Origin: Haloferacaceae archaeon 50
GTDB taxonomy: Archaea; Halobacteriota; Halobacteria; Halobacteriales; Haloferacaceae
DNA: 64,000 nucleotides
Assembly (NCBI GenBank): GCA_046097085.1
Contig: CP175567.1
Location: 1,355,875 to 1,419,874, forward strand
Reading direction: 5' to 3'
Shown: in pieces, positions 36,489-45,240 of the stretch
How the letters are laid out: every line of letters starts with the position of its first letter
Position numbering within the stretch: the first letter of the stretch is position 1
Notes under the pieces: generated by a model
The model's database searches: none
The model's input: only the letters and a program-made list of their open reading frames with translations
What the model was told of the DNA's origin: nothing
Position numbers and translations under genes: made by a program

Positions 36489-37721
36489 TCACTGTGCGAC
36501 GGTTGCGCCGACCCCCGCCGCCGGGAGCGGCGGGCGCAGGTCGACCGCCGACACCGCGGCGCGGAGGGCGTCGAGCGATGCGGACGCCGACTCGGCGGCC
36601 GACGTCTCACTCTCCAACGCGGATTCCGATTCGGACTCGGACTCGGTCCCGGAACTGGACCCGGACTCCGACGACGGGGCGTCGAACTCGACGGTCAGCG
36701 ACGGGTCGTGGACGAACCGCACGCCCGGCCCGTCGGCGGCCAGTCCGTCCCGGACCAGCACCGTGCCGGTCGTGGCGTTCGTCGGGACGGTGAACACCGC
36801 CCACACCGTGCCGGCGTCGCCGGGCGCGAACCGGTCCATCGTCTTGAGGTTCCCGCCCGAGAGGGACTGCGGGCCGTAGCGCACGCCGTCGGACTCGAAG
36901 AGGAGGGTCGGCCCCCCGAACATCGCGGCCTCGCCCGCGGTGCTGGACACGTCGAGTCTGACCAGCACGAACGTCTCGTTCGGCGGCGCCTCGAACGTGC
37001 CGCCGGGCGGGTCGAGCGTCGACCGCGTCTCCGCGCGCCACCGCACCGTCAGCGACTCGCTCGCCTCCGGCGTCGCCGTGGAGACGGCGGACACCGCGAT
37101 GTCCGGGCCGCCACCGCCGCCGGTCGGCACCCCGATGACGACGCCGCTGGTCAGCACCGCCACCGCCACGACGACGGCCAGCAGGTGCTTCGGGTTGCTC
37201 GCCGCGCGGGCGCGCAGCGCCGCCGTCGCCGCGCCGTCGGCCGCGCCTGGGAGCGCGGCGCGGAGCCTCGCCAGCCAGTCGCCGCCGTCGGCCCGGTCCT
37301 CGTCGTCCTCCGCTCCGCTCTCGTCCGCGCCCTCCGTCTCGCCGCCGTCGCGGTGGCGGCGTAGCACCGCCTCGAACCCGCCCTGCTGTACGGTCTTCTC
37401 GAGGCGGCCGCGGTCGAGGAGGTGGACGCCGCGGTCGGACGCGATGCGGCGCACCTCGTCCGTGAACGTGCCCTGTGTCGCCACGACTGCCACGTCGACG
37501 CCGCGGCTCCCGCACATCTCCGCGAACCGACGGAGGTGGGCCGTCCGCACCTCGGTGTCCGGATCGGGGAGCACCAGCATCAGCCCGCGTGTCCCGCCGC
37601 CGCGCTCACCGCCGACGAGGTACGCGTCGTCGCCGCGGCGCGTCGTGTCCGTCTGCCACCCCTGTTCGCGCCACAGGTCGGCGAGGAGGCGGGGGAACGC
37701 GGCCGTCGGGAGGGGGTCCAT
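36489..37721 (-). CDS. membrane protein with N-terminal Mrr-cat (restriction-endonuclease-fold) domain, single TM and extracytoplasmic Ser/Thr/Glu-rich domain
   Basis: 410 aa; FPRLLADLWREQGWQTDTTRRGDDAYLVGGER...LMLVLPD...AVVATQGTFTDEVRRIASDRGVHLLDRGRL fits the Mrr_cat/PD-(D/E)xK core; TM LLAVVVAVAVLTSGVVIGV; C-terminal acidic ESESESE tail. Confidence 0.6.
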   Translation of the reverse strand: MDPLPTAAFPRLLADLWREQGWQTDTTRRGDDAYLVGGERGGGTRGLMLVLPDPDTEVRTAHLRRFAEMCGSRGVDVAVVATQGTFTDEVRRIASDRGVHLLDRGRLEKTVQQGGFEAVLRRHRDGGETEGADESGAEDDEDRADGGDWLARLRAALPGAADGAATAALRARAASNPKHLLAVVVAVAVLTSGVVIGVPTGGGGGPDIAVSAVSTATPEASESLTVRWRAETRSTLDPPGGTFEAPPNETFVLVRLDVSSTAGEAAMFGGPTLLFESDGVRYGPQSLSGGNLKTMDRFAPGDAGTVWAVFTVPTNATTGTVLVRDGLAADGPGVRFVHDPSLTVEFDAPSSESGSSSGTESESESESALESETSAAESASASLDALRAAVSAVDLRPPLPAAGVGATVAQ

Positions 37722-37754
37722 CTTACCGCACCTCCCCCCGGCGCGTCGCCGGCG

Positions 37755-39521
37755 TCACGCGGACCGCCTCCTGAGCGCCAACACGCCCGCGCCCACCACC
37801 GCCACGACGGACAGCGTACGCCCGGTCAGGGGTCCCGGGAGCGGGAACGGCAGGAGTCCGCCGTCCCCGTCCCCGCCCTCGCTCGGCGTCAGCGGCGTCT
37901 CCTCGCGCACGGGGAGCGGCGTCTGCGTCGGCGCGGCCGTCGTCGTGGTGGCCGTCGCCGTCTCCGTCGCGGGAGTCCCCCTCGGCGTGGGCGTCGGCGC
38001 GTCGGCGGCCGGCACGACGTTCGCCTCCGACATCACTGGCGTCTCGTTCGGCGCGTACGCTCTGTCGATACGCGAGTCGAACGTCCCGTTCTCGTTTCTG
38101 TCGGTGTAGGGCACGGCGTACATGGTCGTGTTCGTGTTCAGCGTCGGCACGAGCGGAACTCGCACGTCGCGGTGGGTCCCCGGCGACAGGTACGACGACG
38201 CGCCGCGGATGCCCACCTTCTCGTCCTGTACGACGACGAACCCGCCCGCGGAGAGGGTGACCGAATCGACGGTCACGCTCGTCCCGCGCGTGGTCTGGTC
38301 GCGGAACGTGACGTTTGCCGCCTCCTCCTGCAGGGTGACGGTCCGCTGGGTCAGGCCCCGGTAGCCGAGCACCCAGAGCGGGAACGACGTGCCCCGGGCG
38401 ACGCCGTCGAAGTCGAACGACGCCCCGAACGTGCCGTTCCCGCCGACGGAGACCTCGTGCGGTTGGAGGAACGTGTCGGGCGCCTCAGACCGCGCGCGCA
38501 CCTCGAGCGTCGTCCCCGGCGCGAGGTTGGTCCGGCCGGACACCGCGAGCGACGAGTCGTTCCACGGGTGGACGGTGAACCCCGGGTCCGCGGACAGCGA
38601 GAACGACGGCGGCACCACCTCGAAGTCGGTGCTGAACACCGTTTCGTCCTCGTTCACGAGTTCGTTGTGCGCCTCCCGGAGCGTCATCGTGACCTCGTAC
38701 TCCCGCGGGTTCTCGTCGGGCGGGAGCGTGCTCGTGTTCCAGAGGAGGAGCACCTCGTCGCCGCCCTCGCCCGCGTTCCCGTCGTCGCCGAAGTCGGTGA
38801 ACACCCTCGTGCCGTTCGCCGGCGTGGCGAGGAACGACTCCTCCACGTTCGGGCCGGTGTCGGTCCGGGTGAACCGGACCTCGATGCCCTCGGCCCCGGC
38901 GCCGCCGGTGAGGTCGGACTCGTCGAACGCCGAGGTCAGGCCGGTGGCGTCGAACCGCACGACGGCGTAGTCGCCGCGCGCGACGGTGCTCCGCGACGTC
39001 GTCGCCTCCGCGAGGCCGCCGAACGCCGCCTCGGCCGGGTCGAGTTCGCCCGGCGCGACGCCCGACGTCGCCCCGGCCGACCCTCGTTCCTCGATGACGA
39101 AGTGGCCGAGGTCGCGTTCGACGCCGCCCACGGTCACGTTCATCAGGTACTTGGTCGCCACCAGCGGTTCGTCGAGCGAGTCGGAGTGTATCGTGGCGTC
39201 ACCCCCGGTGACGTAGGTGTCGGGGTCGGCGTTCGCCGACCGGTAGGTGTCGACCGTGACGGTGTCGGTGCCGGACCCCGGGAGCGTCACCTCCAACAGG
39301 TAGCCCGACCGCTCGCCGCCGAGGTAGAGGTGCGCCGTGTCGGAGTGGCTGACCGTGACCTCGAGGACGCCGCCCCGCGTAACCGTGAGGCTGTCGTCCC
39401 CGAACGAGGCCGACCCCTCCTCTCCTTCCGCGCCCGCGGCGACGCCGGACCCCGCCAGCGCTACTCCTACCGCGAGGAGGAGGGCTACGACCCCGCGCCA
39501 CCAGTCGTTCATTTCACTCAT
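37755..39521 (-). CDS. secreted cell-surface glycoprotein with PGF-CTERM archaeosortase sorting signal
   Basis: Start at internal Met 39521 (MSEMNDWWRGVVALLLAVGVALAGSGVAAG signal peptide); >10 N-glycosylation sequons (NVT, NGT, NTS, NDS, NTNTT, NET); Thr/Pro-rich linker (PTPTPRGTPATETATATTTTAAPTQTP) then PGPLTGRTLSVVAVVGAGVLALRRRSA (PGF-CTERM-like TM plus basic tail). Confidence 0.8.
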   Translation of the reverse strand: MSEMNDWWRGVVALLLAVGVALAGSGVAAGAEGEEGSASFGDDSLTVTRGGVLEVTVSHSDTAHLYLGGERSGYLLEVTLPGSGTDTVTVDTYRSANADPDTYVTGGDATIHSDSLDEPLVATKYLMNVTVGGVERDLGHFVIEERGSAGATSGVAPGELDPAEAAFGGLAEATTSRSTVARGDYAVVRFDATGLTSAFDESDLTGGAGAEGIEVRFTRTDTGPNVEESFLATPANGTRVFTDFGDDGNAGEGGDEVLLLWNTSTLPPDENPREYEVTMTLREAHNELVNEDETVFSTDFEVVPPSFSLSADPGFTVHPWNDSSLAVSGRTNLAPGTTLEVRARSEAPDTFLQPHEVSVGGNGTFGASFDFDGVARGTSFPLWVLGYRGLTQRTVTLQEEAANVTFRDQTTRGTSVTVDSVTLSAGGFVVVQDEKVGIRGASSYLSPGTHRDVRVPLVPTLNTNTTMYAVPYTDRNENGTFDSRIDRAYAPNETPVMSEANVVPAADAPTPTPRGTPATETATATTTTAAPTQTPLPVREETPLTPSEGGDGDGGLLPFPLPGPLTGRTLSVVAVVGAGVLALRRRSA

Positions 39522-39661
39522 GTAGCTCCGTCTGACAGTATCGTATGCGGGACAGTTCTCCGTCATACAATATAAAGAGTCGGTGAGCGTTATCACTCAG
39601 CGAAATCGGAGTTACCGGAGCGGCGGGACGGGACCCGCGCGGGACGCGGACGCGGACCCGA

Positions 39662-39925
39662 CTACGCCACGAACGGGAGGGGGACGAACACCGACAGGAA
39701 GAGGAGGAGCGTCAGCGCAACGCCGACGAGAACGAAGAAGACGTTCTCGGCCGACGGCGACCCGGGTTCGAGCGGCGGTCGCTCTTCGGGCACCTCGCTC
39801 TCGTCGTCCGGGTCGGTCAGTTCGAACCGCCACCCCTCGTCGTCCTCGTTGCGGACTACGCCGCCGCGGGCGTCGCCGTCCTCCGGGCCGTTCGACCCGT
39901 CCCGCGACCGTGAGGAGTCAGACAT
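39662..39925 (-). CDS. small membrane protein, acidic N-terminus and C-terminal TM helix, hypothetical
   Basis: 87 aa ORF; NVFFVLVGVALTLLLFLSVFVPLPFVA terminal hydrophobic segment. Confidence 0.45.
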   Translation of the reverse strand: MSDSSRSRDGSNGPEDGDARGGVVRNEDDEGWRFELTDPDDESEVPEERPPLEPGSPSAENVFFVLVGVALTLLLFLSVFVPLPFVA

Positions 39926-39979
39926 CGCCCGCCACTACGGCGTGGGGCGTGAAAGGGCTACCGACGGGGCGGCGTCCCG

Positions 39980-41746
39980 TCAGTTGCGCCCCCGGCGGTC
40001 GTGTTTCAGCACGTCGCCCTCGTACACCACGCCGCGTTCGGCGTCGAGGGTCACGACGGTGCCGTCGGCGACCGACTCGTGGATGGGCGCGCCGCTTATC
40101 ATGGGGATGTCGAGTTCGCGCGCCACCATCGCGGGGTAGCCGGTCATGCCGGGTCGGGCGTCGATGATGCCGGCGAGGTCGGCGGCGTCGGCGTCGAACT
40201 CGCCCTCGAACCCGGCGGGGAGGTGGAGGAGCGACCCGGCGGGCACGTCGCCCACCTCGTCGTCGGTCGCCCGGACGAGCGGACCCGTGACGCGGCCGCC
40301 GACTATCTTCCGGCCCGAGGCCACCGCCTCGGCCGCGACGTGGACTTTCAGCATGTTGGTGGTGTTGGTGCCCTCCAGTTCGGACATCATGCCCGAGAGC
40401 ACGACCACGGTGTCGCCGCTCTCGGTCAGGCCGCTGTCCATCGCGGCGTCGACGGCGTTGTCGATGATGGCGTCCACGCTCTCGCGGTAGTCGGCGTACT
40501 GAGGTTTGACCCCCCACGAGAGCGCGAGTTGGCGGCGCACGCGGTCGTTGGGGGTGGTCGCCACCACGGGCACCGCCGGCCGGAACTTGGCGGTCTTGCG
40601 CGCGGTGTAGCCCGACTCCGACGCCGCGACGACGGCCGTCGCGCCCACGTCGCGCGCGAGGTAGCGCGCCGACCACGCCAGCGCCTCGGTCCGGGAGTCC
40701 TCGGCGGCCTCGGGCACTCGCTGTTCGACGCTCTCGGCGTACTCGTCGCTCGCCTCCACCTGCCGCACGATGCGGTCCATCGTCCGCACCACGCGCACGG
40801 GGTGGTCGCCCACCGCCGTCTCCGCGGAGAGCATCACGGCGTCCGTGCCGTCGAGAACGGCGTTGGCCACGTCTGACGCCTCCGCGCGGGTGGGCCGCCG
40901 GGCGTGGACCATCGAGTCGAGCATCTCCGTCGCCGTGATGACGGGCACGCCCGCGGCCTGACACTTCTTGATGATGCGCTTCTGGACCATCGGCACGTCC
41001 TCCAGCGGACACTCGACGCCGAGGTCGCCCCGCGCCACCATCACGCCGTAGGCGGCGTCGACGATACCGTCGAGGTTCTCCACCGCGCCCGAGCGCTCTA
41101 TCTTGGCCACCACCGGGATGTCGCCGCCCTCCTCCTCGATGGCGTCGGAGATGGCGTACACGTCGCTCGCGTCGCGCACGAAACTCGCCGCCACGAAGTC
41201 GGCGTCCTTCTGGGCGGCGAGGCGTATCTCGTCGCGGTCGGCCTCGGTGATGAGGTCGATGTCGAGGTTGACGCCCGGCACGTTCACACCCTTGCGCCCG
41301 CCGAGGTCGCCGCCGGAGACGATTTCGGTCACGACGGCCCCGTCCTCGGCGTCGACCCGCTTCACCCGGGCCTCGATGCGTCCGTCGTCCAAGAGCACGG
41401 TGTCGCCCGGCGACGCCGCGGCGATAGAGTACGAGAGGCCCACCTCCTCGGGGGTGGCCTCGTCGCCCTCGACGAACCGGACCTCCGACCCGGTGTCGAG
41501 GTGGATGGGCGCCGACAGCGGCGCGGTCCGCACCTCCGGCCCCTGCAGGTCCACCATCGCGGCGAGTGGGTCGTCGGTCACCTCGTCCACCTCGCGGACA
41601 AGGTCGATTATCTCGGCGCGGTCCTCGGTGGTCCCGTGGCTCGCGTTCAATCGGGCCACCGACATGCCGGCCTCCGCGAGGTCGCGGACGGTGGACCGGT
41701 CGTCAGACGCCGGTCCGAGCGTGCAGACGATCTTTGCCTTTCTCAT
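39980..41746 (-). CDS. pykA: pyruvate kinase with C-terminal PEP-utilizer mobile domain
   Basis: Start at internal Met (MRKAKIVCTLGPASDD), 588 aa; conserved PK blocks (MVARGDLGVE, ATEMLDSM) and C-terminal PEP-utilizers-like domain. Confidence 0.9.
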   Translation of the reverse strand: MRKAKIVCTLGPASDDRSTVRDLAEAGMSVARLNASHGTTEDRAEIIDLVREVDEVTDDPLAAMVDLQGPEVRTAPLSAPIHLDTGSEVRFVEGDEATPEEVGLSYSIAAASPGDTVLLDDGRIEARVKRVDAEDGAVVTEIVSGGDLGGRKGVNVPGVNLDIDLITEADRDEIRLAAQKDADFVAASFVRDASDVYAISDAIEEEGGDIPVVAKIERSGAVENLDGIVDAAYGVMVARGDLGVECPLEDVPMVQKRIIKKCQAAGVPVITATEMLDSMVHARRPTRAEASDVANAVLDGTDAVMLSAETAVGDHPVRVVRTMDRIVRQVEASDEYAESVEQRVPEAAEDSRTEALAWSARYLARDVGATAVVAASESGYTARKTAKFRPAVPVVATTPNDRVRRQLALSWGVKPQYADYRESVDAIIDNAVDAAMDSGLTESGDTVVVLSGMMSELEGTNTTNMLKVHVAAEAVASGRKIVGGRVTGPLVRATDDEVGDVPAGSLLHLPAGFEGEFDADAADLAGIIDARPGMTGYPAMVARELDIPMISGAPIHESVADGTVVTLDAERGVVYEGDVLKHDRRGRN

Positions 41747-41821
41747 GCGCCGGGCTACGCCCGAGCGGGTGAAAAATCCCCCCAATGCCACTCGTGGCCG
41801 AGTAAACGGCCGTCGGCGCGC

Positions 41822-42922
41822 CTACTCGGCGGAGGCGCGCCGAACGCCCGTGAACTCGAAGCGCGCGCCGCCGCGGTCGCTCTCCGTCAACGAGACGTCC
41901 CAGCCATGGGCCGCGGCGACGTGCCGCACGATGGCGAGGCCGAACCCCGTGCCGTCCGAGGCCGTCGTGACGCCCGACTCGAACGCCCGGTCACGGACCT
42001 CCGGGGGGACGCCCGGACCGTCGTCGGCCACGTAGAACCCGTCGCCGCCCGGGAGCGGTCCGACCCGCACGCTGACTCCCGGGTCGGCGTCGCACGCGAC
42101 TTCGTTTGACTCCGTCCGGCTGTTCGTCGAACCGTGTTCGACGGCGTCGCCGGACCCCGTCCGGCTGTCCGTGGAGCCGTACTCCACGCTATTCCGAAAC
42201 AGGTTCTCGAACAGCTGTCTCAGACGCGTCTCGTCGCCCTCGACGGTGCCGAGGCCGTCGTCGACGGTCAGCGTCCCTCGCTCGTCGGCGCTGGTCCGCC
42301 ACGCGTCGCGGGCCACCTCGGCCAGCGACACGGGGCGGCACCGCCCGAGCACCGACCCCGCCCGCGCGAGGCGCAACACGTCGTCGACGAGTTCCGACAT
42401 CCGGTCGAGCGCCGACGCGGCGCGCCGGAGGTGTTCGGAGTCGCAGTCCGCCGCCGCGAGGTCCAGCCGCCCTTTCGCCACGGTCAGCGGACTCCTGAGG
42501 TCGTGTGACACCACCGACGCGAACTCCTCCAAGCGCTCGTTCCGCCGGCGGACCTCCCGGGTCGCCCGCGAGGGCGTCGCCCGACGCGCCACGCGGTCGG
42601 CCGCGTTCGCGTACGTCGCGTCTCCCTCCCCGGTCGCGTCGTCCGCCCCGCCCGCGACGGTCGACGCCGGGTCGACGTCCGGGACGAACGCCACCGGCAG
42701 GTCGTTCACGCCCGGCGTCCGCGCCACCTCGCGCAGCAGTCCCGCCGGCGGGTGGTCCGCGTCGACGACGAGACAGTCCGCCCCCACGAGGTCGAGTGCG
42801 TCCGTCGACCCGTCGGCGGCCGCGACTGAGAGGTCGTCCCGCGCGCGTTCAAGCGCCCACGCGACCCGCTCACCCGCGTCCGCCTCCGAACTGGCGAGTA
42901 CGGCCCGTACGTCCCCACCCAT
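41822..42922 (-). CDS. sensor histidine kinase (receiver-like N-terminal domain, HisKA, HATPase_c)
   Basis: Start at Met 42922 (MGGDVRAVL...), 366 aa; H-box FASVVSHDLRSPL, N-box LFENLFRNSVEYG, G-box DDGPGVPPE...GTGFGLAIV; internal 14-aa tandem duplication in the ATPase domain. Confidence 0.8.
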   Translation of the reverse strand: MGGDVRAVLASSEADAGERVAWALERARDDLSVAAADGSTDALDLVGADCLVVDADHPPAGLLREVARTPGVNDLPVAFVPDVDPASTVAGGADDATGEGDATYANAADRVARRATPSRATREVRRRNERLEEFASVVSHDLRSPLTVAKGRLDLAAADCDSEHLRRAASALDRMSELVDDVLRLARAGSVLGRCRPVSLAEVARDAWRTSADERGTLTVDDGLGTVEGDETRLRQLFENLFRNSVEYGSTDSRTGSGDAVEHGSTNSRTESNEVACDADPGVSVRVGPLPGGDGFYVADDGPGVPPEVRDRAFESGVTTASDGTGFGLAIVRHVAAAHGWDVSLTESDRGGARFEFTGVRRASAE

Positions 42923-43040
42923 GACGGATGTACCGTTCGGAGATACCGCAATAAAAATGTCGAACGTCCTTAAGAAAGGGGACGACCTGTGCGCGCCGGA
43001 GTCGGGCGGCGGCGCGCCAGCGGTCGGCCCCACGCCGCCG

Positions 43041-45131
43041 TCACCGTATCTTCTCGCCGGGTTCGGCGTCGCCGTGGGTGGTGAGCAGGTCGGCCTCCTC
43101 GCCGGCGGCGAGCACCATCCCGTTCGACTCGACGCCGAACAGTTCGGCCCTCTCCAGATTGGCCAGCACTATCACGCGCTCGCCGGGGAGTTCGGACAGG
43201 TCGTGGAGCTGTTTGATGCCCGCGACCACCTGCCGCGTCTCGACGCCGATGTCGACCGTGAGCTTCGCCAGCTTGTCCGCGCCCTCGATGCCCTCGGCGT
43301 CCACTATCTCGCCCACGCGGATGTCGAGCGACTCGAACTCGTCGAAGGAGATGCGGCCGTCCGCCAGCGGTTCGAGTTCGGCGGGTGCGCCCGCCTCGTC
43401 TCCGGCGTCTGCCTCGTCTCCGGTGTCCGCCTCGTCCCCGTCGCCCTCGCTCTCGTCGCTCGCGGCCTCGACCCGCTCGGCGAGCTTCTCGTTGAGCTCC
43501 TCGACGCGCTCTTCGGGTATCTTCTCGAACAGCTCCTCGGGCTCCTCGAACGTCGCGGCTGGGGGTTCGAGCGCGGCGTCGGTCGTCGTCTCGTGGACCG
43601 AGCCGTCCTCGTTCAACTGCGCCCAGAGGCGCTCGGTCTTCCCGGGCGCCACGGGCTCGAAGAGCACCGCCACGGCCTTGGCTATCTGGACGCAGTCGCG
43701 GATGACGCTCTCCTTCTCGGGACCGTCGTCGAGTTTCCACGGCTCGTTGCGCTGGATGTACTCGTTGCCGAACTGCGCGAGTCGGACCGCGGCGTTACCC
43801 GCCTCGCGGACAGAGTAGTCGTTGACCCCCGCGCCGAACTCCGCGATGGCCTCCTCGATGCGCTCGCGCACCTCCTCGGACAGGTCCGTCTCGGGCGTCC
43901 CCTCGTACTCGCGGTAGGCGAAGAGCATCGACCGGTAGAGGAAGTTGCCCACCGTACCCACGAGTTCGTTGTTGGTGCGCTCGCGGAACCGGTCCCACGA
44001 GAAGTCCACGTCCTGCTGGAACCCGCCGTTGGTGGCGAGGTAGTAGCGCAGGAGGTCCGGGTGGAACCCCTCGTCGAGGTACTCGTCGGCCCACACCGCG
44101 CGGTTGCGCGACGTGGAGAAGCCCTTGCCGTTGAGCGTGATGAACCCCGACGCCATCACCGCGCGCGGTTCGACGTAGCCGGCGACCCGGAGCATCGCGG
44201 GCCAGAACACGGTGTGGTGCTGGATGATGTCGCGCCCGATGATGTGGACTATCTCGCCCGACTCCTTCCACGCCGCCTCCCAGTCGAAGGTGTCGGCGCC
44301 CACCCGTTCGGAGTACTGCTTGGTCGAGGCGACGTACTCGATGGGGGCGTCCACCCAGACGTAGAGCACGAGGTCGTCCTCGTTCTCGCCGGGGTAGTCG
44401 ACGCCCCAGTCCATGTCGCGGGTGATACACCAGTCCTGCAGTTCGCCCTCTATCCACTCCCGGGGCTGGTTCCTCGCGTTCGGCGTGCCCTCGAGGCGGT
44501 CGATGAACTCCTTCAGGTAGTCCTGCAGTTCGGAGACGCGGAAGAACTTGTGCGTGCGCTCGCGGTACTCCGCGGGGTTGCCAGTGAGCGTCGAGGTGGG
44601 GTCCTCTATCTCGCCGGGCTCGAGGTGACGGCCGCAGCCCTCGTCGCACTCGTCGCCGCGGGCGTGCGCGCCGCAGTACGGGCAGGTGCCCTCGACGTAC
44701 CGGTCCGGGAGCCACTGGTCCTCGTCGGGGTCGTACGCCACCTGAATCTCCTTCTCGTAGACGTAGCCCTCGGACTCGAGCGCCCGCACGAACTCCTGTG
44801 TGAGCTCCGTGTTGGTCTCGTCGTGGGTGTGACCGTAGTTGTCGAACTCGACGTTGAACTTCGGGAACGTCTCCTCGTAGGTCTCGTGGTGGCGGAGCGC
44901 GAACTCCTCGGGGGTGACGCCCTCCCGCGCGGCGTTGACCGCGACGGGGGTGCCGTGCATGTCCGACCCCGAGACGAACGCGGTCTCCTGCCCGAGTCGC
45001 TCCAGCGCCCGGGCGTACACGTCGCCGCCGACGTACGTTCGCAGGTGGCCCACGTGCAGGTCGCCGTTGGCGTACGGCAAGCCGCACGTCACCACCGCGG
45101 GGTTCTCGGTGGGGAAGTCCTCGTGGCTCAT
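43041..45131 (-). CDS. metG: methionyl-tRNA synthetase
   Basis: Start at Met 45131 (MSHEDFPTENPAVVTCGLPYANGDLHVGHL: HIGH motif), Zn knuckle CPYCG...CDEGC, KMSKS-equivalent FSTSRN, C-terminal tRNA-binding (EMAP/Trbp111-like) domain; 696 aa. Confidence 0.95.
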   Translation of the reverse strand: MSHEDFPTENPAVVTCGLPYANGDLHVGHLRTYVGGDVYARALERLGQETAFVSGSDMHGTPVAVNAAREGVTPEEFALRHHETYEETFPKFNVEFDNYGHTHDETNTELTQEFVRALESEGYVYEKEIQVAYDPDEDQWLPDRYVEGTCPYCGAHARGDECDEGCGRHLEPGEIEDPTSTLTGNPAEYRERTHKFFRVSELQDYLKEFIDRLEGTPNARNQPREWIEGELQDWCITRDMDWGVDYPGENEDDLVLYVWVDAPIEYVASTKQYSERVGADTFDWEAAWKESGEIVHIIGRDIIQHHTVFWPAMLRVAGYVEPRAVMASGFITLNGKGFSTSRNRAVWADEYLDEGFHPDLLRYYLATNGGFQQDVDFSWDRFRERTNNELVGTVGNFLYRSMLFAYREYEGTPETDLSEEVRERIEEAIAEFGAGVNDYSVREAGNAAVRLAQFGNEYIQRNEPWKLDDGPEKESVIRDCVQIAKAVAVLFEPVAPGKTERLWAQLNEDGSVHETTTDAALEPPAATFEEPEELFEKIPEERVEELNEKLAERVEAASDESEGDGDEADTGDEADAGDEAGAPAELEPLADGRISFDEFESLDIRVGEIVDAEGIEGADKLAKLTVDIGVETRQVVAGIKQLHDLSELPGERVIVLANLERAELFGVESNGMVLAAGEEADLLTTHGDAEPGEKIR

Positions 45132-45240
45132 GTGTGCTATAACTCGAATCGACACCTAAAGACCGCTGGGATTTCGAAGGCGCGGGCGGGCGTCTCCGCG
45201 CGGCGCACACGAGGGGCGCGGACGCGTCGCCCGTCGGCAC

